Assembly: GCA_005776395.1 (NCBI GenBank)
Contig: SXPJ01000103.1
Span: 64,695 to 128,694, forward strand
Direction of reading: 5' to 3'
Source of the DNA: Bdellovibrionales bacterium
Lineage (GTDB): Bacteria > Bdellovibrionota > FAC87 > UBA2466
DNA length: 64,000 nucleotides
Part shown: positions 19,865 to 30,385 of the stretch, piece by piece
Layout of the letters: every line of letters begins with the position of its first letter
Numbering within the stretch: the stretch's first letter is position 1
Program-made: the position numbers and the translations under genes
Notes under the pieces: model-generated
What the model was told of the DNA's origin: nothing
What the model saw: only the letters and a program-made list of their open reading frames with translations
The model's database searches: none

Positions 19865-20962
19865 ATGTCGGTTACTTTTTTACAACGCAACGTTCAAAGA
19901 ATTACAGATCGAATTGAGCGTCTTTTTTTGTCCGGTCGATTAAACCAGAAACAGAGGCAGAATCTTTTTCGAGCCTTGTTTTATGTATTGATGGGTGAGC
20001 CCTTAATCCCTGATAATCTCATCGAATTTTGTACACGTGAAAAATTGGAACCTACCTTAAAACGTTTGTTTGAGTCCTTAGGTACCAGCTGCAAGTTGCC
20101 TCAGGCGCTTCACTCTCGAATTTTGAAATTGGTTTCGCTAAAAAGAGTTCAAGAAACATGGGGAGTTACTAAGTCAGATCTTGCTTTCGTACAAAAAATT
20201 GTCAAAGAGGCCGATCTCAACCCTCAGGATGAACACCATCTTCTTCATCGTTACTATGAATCCAAGGATCTAGATTGGTTTGCAGAGGTAGAAAACGAGC
20301 AGGATGAGGTGGATGTCATTATTAGTGTTCAAGCGTTAGAGGAGATGCTTTTAGGTGTCTTTGAAACTTACAAGGTTCCCAAATCTAAAAAAGAACCTTT
20401 TTCTGAAGTTTTTGGTCTCTGTTTAGGAATGGCAAGCCGAAATCGAGTTACTAAAAAAGGGACAGGACAGAAAACAAAATGGTTTGTTTATGTGGAAAAA
20501 GCGGCGCCTCAAATTCGAGCCAAGTCGGATGCCAGTTCTGTTATTCCTAATGCCAAAAGCATTAGCGCACTTGTAGAGACATCTCAAAGTTTGTTTCCAC
20601 AACTGGAGATAATTGGAGATTATCATTCTCACCCCTATCATAATGCGGCTCAAATTCGTCGATATCGTGGTTGGCAGGCCTCGACACAAGATGCGAGTGA
20701 TATTGCAGTCCTGTACAGAGAGTTAAGAGGACTTAAAGCGAGAAAGCATCGGATGAGAGTGTCTTTTGTGATTGCTATTGGAAAAGGCAAAGCCACCAAG
20801 GGATCGAATCAGCAGATAAAATCTACCAATGTGGTTCGATTTAATATGGCGGGTTGCCATGTCTATATAACAGCTTATCGAATTTTGAGTAATGGAAGCA
20901 TGAGTGAGAAAGGTGTGGTTCTTCAGAGTCCCTATCGGGAAACCTTTCTTAAAGTTGCTTAG
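19865..20962 (+). CDS. JAB/MPN+ (JAMM) metalloprotease domain protein with unknown N-terminal helical domain
   Basis: EVFGLCLG...IIGDYHSHP...ASTQD motif set; ATG 19865 with GAGGAG upstream (ORF track begins at TTG 19796). Confidence 0.7.
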   Translation: MSVTFLQRNVQRITDRIERLFLSGRLNQKQRQNLFRALFYVLMGEPLIPDNLIEFCTREKLEPTLKRLFESLGTSCKLPQALHSRILKLVSLKRVQETWGVTKSDLAFVQKIVKEADLNPQDEHHLLHRYYESKDLDWFAEVENEQDEVDVIISVQALEEMLLGVFETYKVPKSKKEPFSEVFGLCLGMASRNRVTKKGTGQKTKWFVYVEKAAPQIRAKSDASSVIPNAKSISALVETSQSLFPQLEIIGDYHSHPYHNAAQIRRYRGWQASTQDASDIAVLYRELRGLKARKHRMRVSFVIAIGKGKATKGSNQQIKSTNVVRFNMAGCHVYITAYRILSNGSMSEKGVVLQSPYRETFLKVA

Positions 20963-22211
20963 AGGCTATTTTTTTGGAGAGATAATCAGAAGGTAGGTTT
21001 TTAGCTGTAGGTATTAATTTTATCAATGTCTCATTTAACCGCATAGATAACAAATCCCTATTGAAGTCCCTATTTCCTAAAGCAAAAGCATTTCTTCCAG
21101 CTTTTTCAGCCCACAATGGACGGGATAGAGCCTCAGTAATCTGTTGAGCAGCTTTTTGAAAGTTTGTGGGATCAAGAACTAAACCAATGTCATGTTGTTG
21201 AATGAGTTCTGCGAGCCATCCTTTAAAATTAATGGCTATGGGTTTTCCTGCTGCCAGCGCATCAAAAAACTTATTGGGAGAGGAATTCCAAAGAGCTTTT
21301 TTATTTACAAGGGTATTTAAGATAAGAGTTGAACGTTGAAATAAAGCAGGAATATCTTTTTTAGGGATAGGATCTAAGAGAAAAAAACTCTTATTTAAAA
21401 CTCCTAATTGAGTCGCTAAGAGTTGAATATGGTTTCTTTCCTTTCCATCTCCTACTACCAAGAATTTTATTTTGGAATGTGTTTGTTGAATCTGTTTAGC
21501 AAGATAAATAATGTAGGAAATGTTATTAGCGACACCTAAAGTGCCAGGATATAAAATAATCGAATCCTCTGATCTTATATTAGGTGGTAAATGAATAGAG
21601 GCGTTGGATTGAGAATTAAAACTATCAATGTCACAACTATTGGGTATGAATGTAATATTTTTTGAGGGAACTCCTCGAGCTGAAACTGCTCTTTGTATTC
21701 CAGGAGATAAGGCGATGACATGAGTGGCTTTGCGATAGGCAAAGCGCTCGATGGCTTTAGCCAATTTTTTAGAAAGGGGATCGCGAAGAGCCTTAAAAAC
21801 AATCGGTAAATCTGGCCATAAATCTCGAACTTCAAGCACAAGAGGGACTTTACGGGTTTTAGCCAGAAAAACTGCAGGTAATGTCGCTGTAAGGGGAGGG
21901 CTAGAAACATAAACTAAATCAAACTGAAGTGCTCTCCCACATTTTAAGGCTCCGATTATGTATTTAGAAAAGGCTAAAATTCTTTTAAAGAATGAAAGTC
22001 TATTGTGATAGGGAATGGGCAGCCAATGAATATGAATTCCTGAATTTAAAGTTTCGTAGGGAGCTATTTTGATATCTTTCTGATTTTCATCTGAAGCAAT
22101 TAAATGAACTTCATGACCCATAGCACAGAGGCGTCTTGCAAACTCATAGGTGCGGGTAATTCCACTTTTTTCAGGTAAGACAAAATGCTGATAGAGATAT
22201 AGAATTTTCAT
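20949..22211 (-). CDS. Family 4 glycosyltransferase (WbuB-like)
   Basis: MKILYLYQHF, EVRDLWP, PNKFFDALAAGKP. Confidence 0.9.
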   Translation of the reverse strand: MKILYLYQHFVLPEKSGITRTYEFARRLCAMGHEVHLIASDENQKDIKIAPYETLNSGIHIHWLPIPYHNRLSFFKRILAFSKYIIGALKCGRALQFDLVYVSSPPLTATLPAVFLAKTRKVPLVLEVRDLWPDLPIVFKALRDPLSKKLAKAIERFAYRKATHVIALSPGIQRAVSARGVPSKNITFIPNSCDIDSFNSQSNASIHLPPNIRSEDSIILYPGTLGVANNISYIIYLAKQIQQTHSKIKFLVVGDGKERNHIQLLATQLGVLNKSFFLLDPIPKKDIPALFQRSTLILNTLVNKKALWNSSPNKFFDALAAGKPIAINFKGWLAELIQQHDIGLVLDPTNFQKAAQQITEALSRPLWAEKAGRNAFALGNRDFNRDLLSMRLNETLIKLIPTAKNLPSDYLSKKIASKQL

Positions 22212-23992
22212 AGGTTCGAAATATTAAATTGAGATATAAGATCTTTGTCTTGATCCTTCCACTTTAATTTTATCGTGTTATTCTCAAGTTCCAAAATTAT
22301 GTTTATTGAATCCTTAAAATAACTTAAGCTCCACGCAGTTATGAGACTTGAAGAGCTCATTCCCGAGGTATTTTTCCTAGTTAAGACGATTGTTTTTTTG
22401 GAGGTTTCAAATCCAAAATAGGGAGAAAAGAGGGTCTCTTTGAGTGTCGGTGTCTGAGCTGGACCTAAGGGCTGAAAACAAAGTTCAAATTCATCTGTTT
22501 TTAGAGTGGCTTGGGTAAATCCATTGGGATCTCCAAGTTCAGCATGTTGACAGGCCACTTGGACTAAGGGGTGTAGATGAATAAACTCTTGGAAGTCTCC
22601 AGCCCCTGATGACTTCGAAATTAGATGAAAAGAACACCAAAAATGAGGTTTTTCTGAAAGGAACCATAAACGAGTCACTTCTGGGAAGCCTAAGTGTTTG
22701 TATCCATCATGTGAAGCTGAAATCCAGGTTCCTATCTCGGATTTCTCAAAGTTTCTTTTTAAAATGTGGCCTCTTCTTCCCATACGAAAGCTCGACCAGA
22801 TATCAGCTGAATTTTTATCGTTAACTAGCATGACATTATGAGATTTTGACTGGCGATATTCGTTTCTTTTATCCCCCTGGTAGCAGAAAGTTCCACTATT
22901 GATTATTAAGGGAGAATCTTTAAAAGACATCTCAAAAGTTAATAGATCACAGTGAGCATGGGCAGGTAGAGAATCTTCTCCCAGGTTTCCAGCGTCAAAA
23001 ACAAAAAAAGAATTACTTTTACGAGAGACGAAATAATCTCCCACCCAATCATGAATCGAAAGTGTTGATGGAGATAAATGCATTTCCCAAGAGTCATTAA
23101 AGAAGGGTAGTTTTCCAGAAGGGTGTGCAATTTTAGTGGCAAAATCTAACATTTTTTCGGATTGAGTTTTGAAGAAGATTACTTCCTCGGGGGCAGATAG
23201 TTTCAACCAAGGCAGTAAGAATGAAAGTCCGTTAGCAAGTTCTAAGTGATAACTAGGCGATTTCTCAAAGTGTTCTCCTGAGTCTAGAAGCTGGGTCTTG
23301 ATGCAAGACTTGAGAATGTTAAGTCCTTGCGTGAGCCACCTATTTGCCATAGCGCCCTCAAACAATGAGCCTCCTAAAATGAGGGCTTGGCCATTTTCCC
23401 AGAGGTGATTACCTTTAATGTCCTTTTCCAGATTGGCTTTAAGCCATAAAATGTGAATAAAAAAAGAATCTAAAATAATTTTTCGGATTTCATTTTGAGG
23501 AGGAGCCATTAACCACAGTGCGGACCAGCTCTGAATCCGTTTTGAAGTTACATAAGGATGCCAACTGATTTTATAGGATTTTTTATCAGATAAGGGAAAG
23601 CGTTGGATCCAATCGAAAACATAATTCCATCTATCTTGCTTGAGAACTGGACTAATGAGATTTCGATGTGAGTGGTGCTCGAACTGTTCTAGGAGTGAAA
23701 GTGATTCTAAGTTTATAGCTTGTGATAAGGAGCTGTGATACTTGGAGCTTGTTTTGAGTAAAGGTAATAGCTGCTCAGGGAAATCAATAAGAGTTGGAAG
23801 TGGCTGTCTTAGGATGAGTTTAGGTCGGTAATTTAGAGAATGTTTAAATAGAAAATAGGGGTGTTTAAACGGGGCATAGAGTTTAACCAGAAATCTGTTA
23901 AGGAACTGTTCTAGTTGGTGATAAGAGAATGAAAAGTAGAGGCGTTCAAAAAACTTAAAAATAGGTAAGTTCATGGATGAGATATTAGGCAA
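22208..23992 (-). CDS. Heparinase II/III family protein
   Basis: LEKDIKGNHL, DSGEHFEKSPSYH, HAHCDLLTFE, ASHDGY. Confidence 0.85.
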   Translation of the reverse strand: MPNISSMNLPIFKFFERLYFSFSYHQLEQFLNRFLVKLYAPFKHPYFLFKHSLNYRPKLILRQPLPTLIDFPEQLLPLLKTSSKYHSSLSQAINLESLSLLEQFEHHSHRNLISPVLKQDRWNYVFDWIQRFPLSDKKSYKISWHPYVTSKRIQSWSALWLMAPPQNEIRKIILDSFFIHILWLKANLEKDIKGNHLWENGQALILGGSLFEGAMANRWLTQGLNILKSCIKTQLLDSGEHFEKSPSYHLELANGLSFLLPWLKLSAPEEVIFFKTQSEKMLDFATKIAHPSGKLPFFNDSWEMHLSPSTLSIHDWVGDYFVSRKSNSFFVFDAGNLGEDSLPAHAHCDLLTFEMSFKDSPLIINSGTFCYQGDKRNEYRQSKSHNVMLVNDKNSADIWSSFRMGRRGHILKRNFEKSEIGTWISASHDGYKHLGFPEVTRLWFLSEKPHFWCSFHLISKSSGAGDFQEFIHLHPLVQVACQHAELGDPNGFTQATLKTDEFELCFQPLGPAQTPTLKETLFSPYFGFETSKKTIVLTRKNTSGMSSSSLITAWSLSYFKDSINIILELENNTIKLKWKDQDKDLISQFNISNL

Positions 23993-26144
23993 CTCGAGGT
24001 GAATATTTTTTTTCTATTGTTGTAGAATCTTGAATTTGACATATTACTCGACTGATTTCTAAAATTTCAGTCCAGCGAAGGTTGTCAAATTGTGAATTTG
24101 AAATCGAAATCGAATTGATGAATTGTGACAGACAATTCTCATGCCCCTTATCCTGAGACCATAGTTTCATTTTTGTGAAATTTTTGAAGCCATAACCCGT
24201 TAAACTTTTAAAGTTGTCAATGATCGCAACTTTGTTATCTGTAAAAATTTCGAGTGTTTCTTTGGGGTAAGCGCGATTGCCGAGAGTCGAATAGGTGAGT
24301 GTTGCGACCGAACCCTCTTCAAATTTAAGCGATACTGTAAGGCTATTACAGGGATCGATAAGTTCACTCGATACGCGGGTGACACTAAAATCGAGAATAG
24401 GAGCATCAGTAAAGAATCTTAGCAGATCTATAAAATGGCCTAACTCACTAACAATCCTACCTCCACCTGAGGTTCTGTCCTGAGTCCAGTGAGTCTCAGA
24501 AAGTGAAAGAGCATTCACGGTGTACACCATGTGTTTAGGCCCGATTGTGTTAGATAATAAAGATTTTAGTTTCTGACTTATAGGAGAGAACCTGCGATTA
24601 TAACCCACCCAAATATTTTTAGAAAACTTAGAGGAAATTATTGCTTTCTCGATTTGATTGAGCTCGTCTATTGAAGTCGCTATAGGTTTCTCGATAAAAA
24701 TATGTTTATTCTGGAAAATCGCTTGGATTACTAATTCAGCGTGAGAATCATGTCGACTTGCTATTAAAACAGCATCAATATTTGGAGAATTAATAATTGG
24801 GTTCGTATCGCTAAAGCTTTCAGCAATTCCAAATTTTCTTGCTGCAAGGGTTGCACTTAAACCAGAGAGCGAGCAAATACTTGTAGGAATTCGTTTTAGT
24901 TTTTTAAGAAGAGGTAAAAGAACCCGTGTTGTGTGTTCTCCTGAACCAATCATTCCCAATCGGGGGGATGTTGTGTTTTTAGTTAAAGAGAACAAATGGG
25001 GTCTACTGTGTTTTACAAGAGGTTGACAACCTACGGGATAGCTCAAAGCAATAGCATTTGAATGTTGTTTTGAAGCAATGAGATCATAAGCATTCATAGA
25101 GTCTGAAAAGGGAAAACGGTGAGAAATAAGAGGTGTAAGATTTATTTTTCTCTCTTTCATCAAGGTCAAAATGGCTTCCATATTTCTGTTTTCGGTCCAT
25201 CTGACAAAACCGATGGGATAGTCAACCCCCTTTTGTTCATAAACTTTGTCATATCTTCCAGGCCCATAGGAGCAGGAGACCTGAAATGAAAGTTCCTTTT
25301 CGTAGAAGTCGGTTCGACTCAGTTTTGTTCCTGTGGATCCGACTAAAATAATCTTTCCACGCTTACGACTCATTTGAGCTGCAAAGTGAATGGGCTCTGA
25401 GGATTGAGTGGAGGCTGAAACAATAACTCCATCGACCCCCTGGCCTTTAGAAAAGGTTATTGCATGAGGTACAGGATTTGGATTTTGAGTTAGTGAGTGA
25501 ATTTCAGCCCCCCAGCTCTGAGCCAACTCCAATCGTGGGCCATCGAAGTCGATTCCCATAACCTGGCAACCTTGCGCTTTTAAAAGTTGAACTGTAATGA
25601 GACCGATGACTCCTAAACCTTGAACGACCACATATTCTCCAAGGGTAGGATTTAAGAGTCTTACACTCTGTAAAGCGATTGAAGCGATGGGTGTAAATGC
25701 GGCCTCTTCAAACGAGATTGGGCTCAGGTCTGGGATTTTGACACATAGTTGAGTCGGGGCACAGACAAATTCAGCATGTGAGCTATTGGAAACCACACGA
25801 TCTCCAACTCTGAAATTAGAAACTTCAGAACCAATCGCTACCACAACTCCACTCTGAGAATATCCAGGGGTGATGGGTTTATCGAGCTTAGCTCGAATCG
25901 AAGTAAGTGTTGCGTTAAAGCCATCTGTTTTTAATTTAGCTCTGGCTTGAGTAACTTTATCGGGCTGTAATTTTGCTTTTTGAAAGAGAGAGGCCCGCCC
26001 AAATTCGAGCAAATTTTCCTCAGTCCCTTTTGAGATAATTGAAGCATAGGTTTGAATAAGTAGATGTCCTGGTCGAACTGCGGGAATAGGAGTTTCAATA
26101 AGCTCAATAGTTCCTGAGCGTAAAGATTGAATAAGTTGTTTCAT
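23985..26144 (-). CDS. Bi-domain oxidoreductase (MDR-type dehydrogenase fused to Gfo/Idh/MocA)
   Basis: ISKGTE, GYSQSG, SCSYGPGRYD, RWTENRN; second domain IEKP, VGYNRRFSP, HFIDL. Confidence 0.9.
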   Translation of the reverse strand: MKQLIQSLRSGTIELIETPIPAVRPGHLLIQTYASIISKGTEENLLEFGRASLFQKAKLQPDKVTQARAKLKTDGFNATLTSIRAKLDKPITPGYSQSGVVVAIGSEVSNFRVGDRVVSNSSHAEFVCAPTQLCVKIPDLSPISFEEAAFTPIASIALQSVRLLNPTLGEYVVVQGLGVIGLITVQLLKAQGCQVMGIDFDGPRLELAQSWGAEIHSLTQNPNPVPHAITFSKGQGVDGVIVSASTQSSEPIHFAAQMSRKRGKIILVGSTGTKLSRTDFYEKELSFQVSCSYGPGRYDKVYEQKGVDYPIGFVRWTENRNMEAILTLMKERKINLTPLISHRFPFSDSMNAYDLIASKQHSNAIALSYPVGCQPLVKHSRPHLFSLTKNTTSPRLGMIGSGEHTTRVLLPLLKKLKRIPTSICSLSGLSATLAARKFGIAESFSDTNPIINSPNIDAVLIASRHDSHAELVIQAIFQNKHIFIEKPIATSIDELNQIEKAIISSKFSKNIWVGYNRRFSPISQKLKSLLSNTIGPKHMVYTVNALSLSETHWTQDRTSGGGRIVSELGHFIDLLRFFTDAPILDFSVTRVSSELIDPCNSLTVSLKFEEGSVATLTYSTLGNRAYPKETLEIFTDNKVAIIDNFKSLTGYGFKNFTKMKLWSQDKGHENCLSQFINSISISNSQFDNLRWTEILEISRVICQIQDSTTIEKKYSPRVA

Positions 26145-26266
26145 AGATGAATGGAGTAAAAAATCAGTAATTTCTATATATTATCGGTGTATTTGGGTAA
26201 GAAATACAGAGGAAAAACTATGCCTTTTAATACAGGTGATGCGAGGCGTAGGAATGGGTTTTTCAG

Positions 26267-27286
26267 TCAAGATTCTATCTCTTTTAAAATAGTTCTCAGC
26301 CGATCTGAATAGGTGTTTTCTCCACCGACTATTTTATTTTTGCCTAATCGTACAAATTTTTCTCTTAGTTCGGGAGATTTAATTAAAATTTTTGCCTGTT
26401 TTACCATCTCCTCTGGGGTTCGAAAAAAGGGAAGGGTTTCACTGCCAAATATTTCGATGTGCTCCTCTGTCTCTTCATTCAACATGCAGCCTCCCATAGC
26501 GGGGACTTCGAAACTTCTCATGACATGACCATCACGATTGGAACGACGAACTAAATTTAAAACAATTTTAGAGGCTTTGACAGCTTTTCGAAGTTCTGCA
26601 GGGGGTACAATTCCTAAAGTTAAAGGTCTGGTCTCAGGGTATCGCTCCCAGTATCCGCCGTAAAGTTTGACTGTAAGTCCTGAACGAATAAGTTCACAAA
26701 TATAGGGAAGTCTATCTTTGTCGGCTCCTCCAAAAAACATAATATCGCAACTGTATCGTCTAAAATCATCGGTTGTTAGCTGAGACTCTTCAAAGTGGAC
26801 TTGTGGATTGTAAGCAAAGGGTAAATAAATAACTTTGCCCTTAGAAACTTGCTTTAATTGATTTAAAGTTGATCTTCTCGGAGTAATCAAAAGATCATAT
26901 TCAGCTAATGAATTTAAGTACCAGCGTGATAAGTGAGCTGGATTCCAAGGATCATCAGTGACAAAATTTATCGTTTTAACTCGATTTGAATTGATTTTCT
27001 TTAGAGTATGGCAGTTCACAGGGGAGGTTCCTACAACTATAACAGCATTCGAGGCAGATTTATTTAGTTCAAAAAAAATCTGTTTTTGAAATTGTTCTTG
27101 GTGCCAATAGGTTTTATCAAATAGTCTCCAAGAGATTTGATTAAGAATTCCCATTTGTGATTTACAGCTTTTAACATTTAAGGACTGATGAGATATTTTT
27201 AGGTTTTGAACCCCTACTTTCAAATGAAAACCAATGTGTTCACCGCTAAACTGGCCAATGATTAAGATAATAGGGGGGTGGTTCAA
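26267..27286 (-). CDS. CgeB-like glycosyltransferase
   Basis: TDDPW, YLPFAYNP, FFGGADKDR, NRDGHVMRSFEVPAMGG; TTG start. Confidence 0.8.
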   Translation of the reverse strand: MNHPPIILIIGQFSGEHIGFHLKVGVQNLKISHQSLNVKSCKSQMGILNQISWRLFDKTYWHQEQFQKQIFFELNKSASNAVIVVGTSPVNCHTLKKINSNRVKTINFVTDDPWNPAHLSRWYLNSLAEYDLLITPRRSTLNQLKQVSKGKVIYLPFAYNPQVHFEESQLTTDDFRRYSCDIMFFGGADKDRLPYICELIRSGLTVKLYGGYWERYPETRPLTLGIVPPAELRKAVKASKIVLNLVRRSNRDGHVMRSFEVPAMGGCMLNEETEEHIEIFGSETLPFFRTPEEMVKQAKILIKSPELREKFVRLGKNKIVGGENTYSDRLRTILKEIES

Positions 27287-27300
27287 GTTAAGTTAAAGGT

Positions 27301-29634
27301 TTAGGCTGCGCGTGCCCTGGGTTTTTGTTCTTCTACTGAACTATAATAGTAATATAACTGGTTTTTTGAGTTAGTACGATTCAATATAATACAGACTGGT
27401 TTTTCACCATATTGAAGGAAGTGTTCTATCATATTGGCGAAATCGTTAACTTTAGTTTTGTTGCAGGCAGCAATTACTATTATAATATCGGATTGACTAG
27501 CTATAATCTCTGAATCGGGCAGAGCTAAGAATGGGGCATCATCTAAAAAAATGAAATCGTAGGATTCCCTTAATTTACTTATTAAATGCGTAAATTTCTG
27601 GGAGTTAATTAGCTCGGCAGAGTTTTGTGCTGCAGGGCCTGAGGGAAATAGGTCTAGGTTCGGTTGAAGATTAGGAACTATAAGAGAACTGTAATCTGTT
27701 AGTTTAGGGTTCTCAAGAAATGTGGAAAGCCCCTTGGTATGTCCCTGATCGAATTCGCGTGACAAGGCTTTTTTACGAAGATCACAGTCAATTAACAAAA
27801 CCTTCTTATTAAGTGCGGCCAATGATGCGGCTAAATTAGCGGTAATGAAGCTCTTCCCATCTCCCGAATGAGTACTATGGATAGAGATTACCTTTTGCCT
27901 TTGTGGAAACTCTTTTTCAAGATGAATTAGGCGAGTTCTAACCCTTTTAAATGGAAGAGTTTGTGGAAGATCAAGCTTGTGTCGAAAGACAAGAGATTTT
28001 AGTAAATTATTTTTATTGGGAGTTTTCATTTTCTCTATTTCTTTAATAAAAGGAATGTTTCCAAGTGAGATATAATTAAACCCAGGCAAGTCTTTAGTAG
28101 TCACAATGGAAGGATCGTAGCTGTCAATAATAGTAGCAATCAGAACTCCAAAAACAAAAGCTAAAATAAAGGCCATAGGAACTACGGGGAAAAGAGTAGG
28201 ACGCCGTAACACCGAGAATATTGCCGGAGCTTCAATGTTAAGTACTCTGTTTTGAATTGCGATTCGGCTGACATCGATATTGAATAACTGCTTCGAGAGG
28301 TCTGCGAAAAGTATATATTTCATTTCTAGTTGTTTATTAAGGGCATAGTACTTTTGTTCCGCTTCGGGAAGAGGTTCTCTAGATATTTTTTCAGCTAAAA
28401 GAGCCTTGTTGGCTAAGTTTATTCTAGTCCTAAGTAACCAATTTTCTTTTCTTAGCTCAGAAAGTCTTATTTCCGGATTAATATTATCCTCTAGAAAATC
28501 TAGAGAACCATCTTTTAGTAGTTCTTTTTCAATAGAGATATTTTTTGGAAGTTGCTTTTCGGTGTGTTCAATCTCTTCTTGTAGGGATAAGACCTGAGGA
28601 GAGTTTTTAGCCATCCCTTCCGAAAGGAGTCCCCGCTTTCTGGCCTCTAAAGCAACCAGTTGTCTTTTAATGATGGCTAAAGTGGTAAGATCTATTCTTG
28701 AAGAGTTAGAATTTTTCCGTTTATTGCGCAAATTTGCAGTGATGGAATGAATCAGTTTTTCATTTTGTTCAAGTATTATTCGGTTTTGTTCAAGTTCGGA
28801 TTTGATGCTCTGAAGACTTGAGAATGTTTCTGTGATACCTTTTTGAGTGATTGGACCTGCCGAGCTTTTACGGATCAATAACATCTCTTTTTCTACTTCA
28901 GATAGAGAGTCTGTTATTTCCTCTGTTTTACTAAGAATGTAATTTTTTCCCTCTTCAAGTTGTTTCAAATCCCTACGAGTAATGATGGCCTGAGATTGCT
29001 CTGACATTTGTCTGGCTATAGTTACTGATAGTTCGGGAGAGACTGTGGTAACTGAAATAACAAAACCAGGAACCGTCGATTTGTTATATTTGGTAGATTT
29101 TTTTAACATTAGACTGAATTTTTTGATTGGATCAGTCTTTGTATTCTTGTTTGATTCGATGGGCCAGTTAAAAAAATTGGTAAATAATCCAGTAGGTCTT
29201 GAATTTGTTTGTTTCAGATCTTCAAAAGTTTTTTTTCCAGATTGAGTTTCTAATATGTTTTTTGCGGCCTCATAAAATGAATCATGAGTATTTAGGTAAA
29301 GGAGAACAGTTTCTAGATAAGTGTCCTTATTCAAAGATGAACTTAGTAACTGGGTGCCAGAAGCCCCTAAGTCGACTGAAAGAGCTTGTAATGAACTGTT
29401 TTCAGGCTTTTGAATAATTAAACTTGAAGTTGCAGTGTAAGTAACTAAAACAAAATATGAATAGAGTGCAAAGGCTTCAGCTACAAGAACAGGAATAATA
29501 ACCACCCACTTACGGCGCTTGAGTAGGGCAATGAAGTTCTCAAATACGATGTCTAAAGGCTGTTGGGAGTGTGAGGAGGTAAGAGTGTTCTCTCTTCCGT
29601 GAATGGAGCGTGCTGAGGGATCGTTTAAGCTCAT
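27301..29634 (-). CDS. wzc: Polysaccharide co-polymerase/tyrosine autokinase
   Basis: Two TM segments flanking coiled-coil; Walker A SGDGKS, LLIDCD, FLDDAP; C-terminal YYYY cluster. Confidence 0.88.
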   Translation of the reverse strand: MSLNDPSARSIHGRENTLTSSHSQQPLDIVFENFIALLKRRKWVVIIPVLVAEAFALYSYFVLVTYTATSSLIIQKPENSSLQALSVDLGASGTQLLSSSLNKDTYLETVLLYLNTHDSFYEAAKNILETQSGKKTFEDLKQTNSRPTGLFTNFFNWPIESNKNTKTDPIKKFSLMLKKSTKYNKSTVPGFVISVTTVSPELSVTIARQMSEQSQAIITRRDLKQLEEGKNYILSKTEEITDSLSEVEKEMLLIRKSSAGPITQKGITETFSSLQSIKSELEQNRIILEQNEKLIHSITANLRNKRKNSNSSRIDLTTLAIIKRQLVALEARKRGLLSEGMAKNSPQVLSLQEEIEHTEKQLPKNISIEKELLKDGSLDFLEDNINPEIRLSELRKENWLLRTRINLANKALLAEKISREPLPEAEQKYYALNKQLEMKYILFADLSKQLFNIDVSRIAIQNRVLNIEAPAIFSVLRRPTLFPVVPMAFILAFVFGVLIATIIDSYDPSIVTTKDLPGFNYISLGNIPFIKEIEKMKTPNKNNLLKSLVFRHKLDLPQTLPFKRVRTRLIHLEKEFPQRQKVISIHSTHSGDGKSFITANLAASLAALNKKVLLIDCDLRKKALSREFDQGHTKGLSTFLENPKLTDYSSLIVPNLQPNLDLFPSGPAAQNSAELINSQKFTHLISKLRESYDFIFLDDAPFLALPDSEIIASQSDIIIVIAACNKTKVNDFANMIEHFLQYGEKPVCIILNRTNSKNQLYYYYSSVEEQKPRARAA

Positions 29635-29826
29635 AGGGTCTTTTCGGAGAAGAGTTGAATAATCTAAAGTCTTTACAGTTTTTTTCTACTTGATATAATT
29701 AATTTACAAGTTTTTATCGAGAACCTCTATAACTTCATATTCCTAGCCTTGTAGCGTAAAATCGTAAACCTTAGTAAGTCACCGCATTACTAAGCAATTC
29801 ATAAGTAAGTATAAAGGAAGATCTCT

Positions 29827-30378
29827 ATGAAATTACTCCGCAATTCTTGCTTGACACCCCGGGCCTCTTTTTTGGGATGTCTCAGTATTTTTTCATTAAT
29901 TATGTCTCAGCAGGCTATGGCAGAGTCTAATCCCTCGCTCTTGGAAAACTTAAAAAAAAATCAAAATTACACACGAGCCAATGAATATTATTCCGAGCTA
30001 TATCAGGGAGAAATTTTGGTTCCGATTCATCTCTTAGGTGCTGTAAACAAGCCAGGCGTTTATCACATTCCAAAACAGACGGACATTGTGCGTTTATTAG
30101 CTTTGGCTGGAGGCACCATGGTTGATGCTAACATGGAGGATGTCTCAATTAAGAGACGTAGCGAAGAGACTGAGCGCGTTATCAATATTAATTTAAAACA
30201 ATTAGTGAATGAGCGTGGAATGGGTAGGCCGATTAATTTGGAAGCTAACGATATCGTTCTTGTAGCCCCCAAAGAACCTGTGATCTCAAACAATACGGTA
30301 GCTGTAGTGGGACTTACTGCAACTTTACTAGGGCTTGTGGTTTCGAGTCTGGTGATAGTCAATCAATTGAAAAAGTAA
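29827..30378 (+). CDS. Short SLBB-domain polysaccharide export (OPX/Wza-like) protein
   Basis: Signal peptide; IHLLGAVNKPGVY...LALAGG...LEANDIVLV SLBB motif; C-terminal hydrophobic helix. Confidence 0.75.
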   Translation: MKLLRNSCLTPRASFLGCLSIFSLIMSQQAMAESNPSLLENLKKNQNYTRANEYYSELYQGEILVPIHLLGAVNKPGVYHIPKQTDIVRLLALAGGTMVDANMEDVSIKRRSEETERVININLKQLVNERGMGRPINLEANDIVLVAPKEPVISNNTVAVVGLTATLLGLVVSSLVIVNQLKK

Positions 30379-30385
30379 GGCTCTA

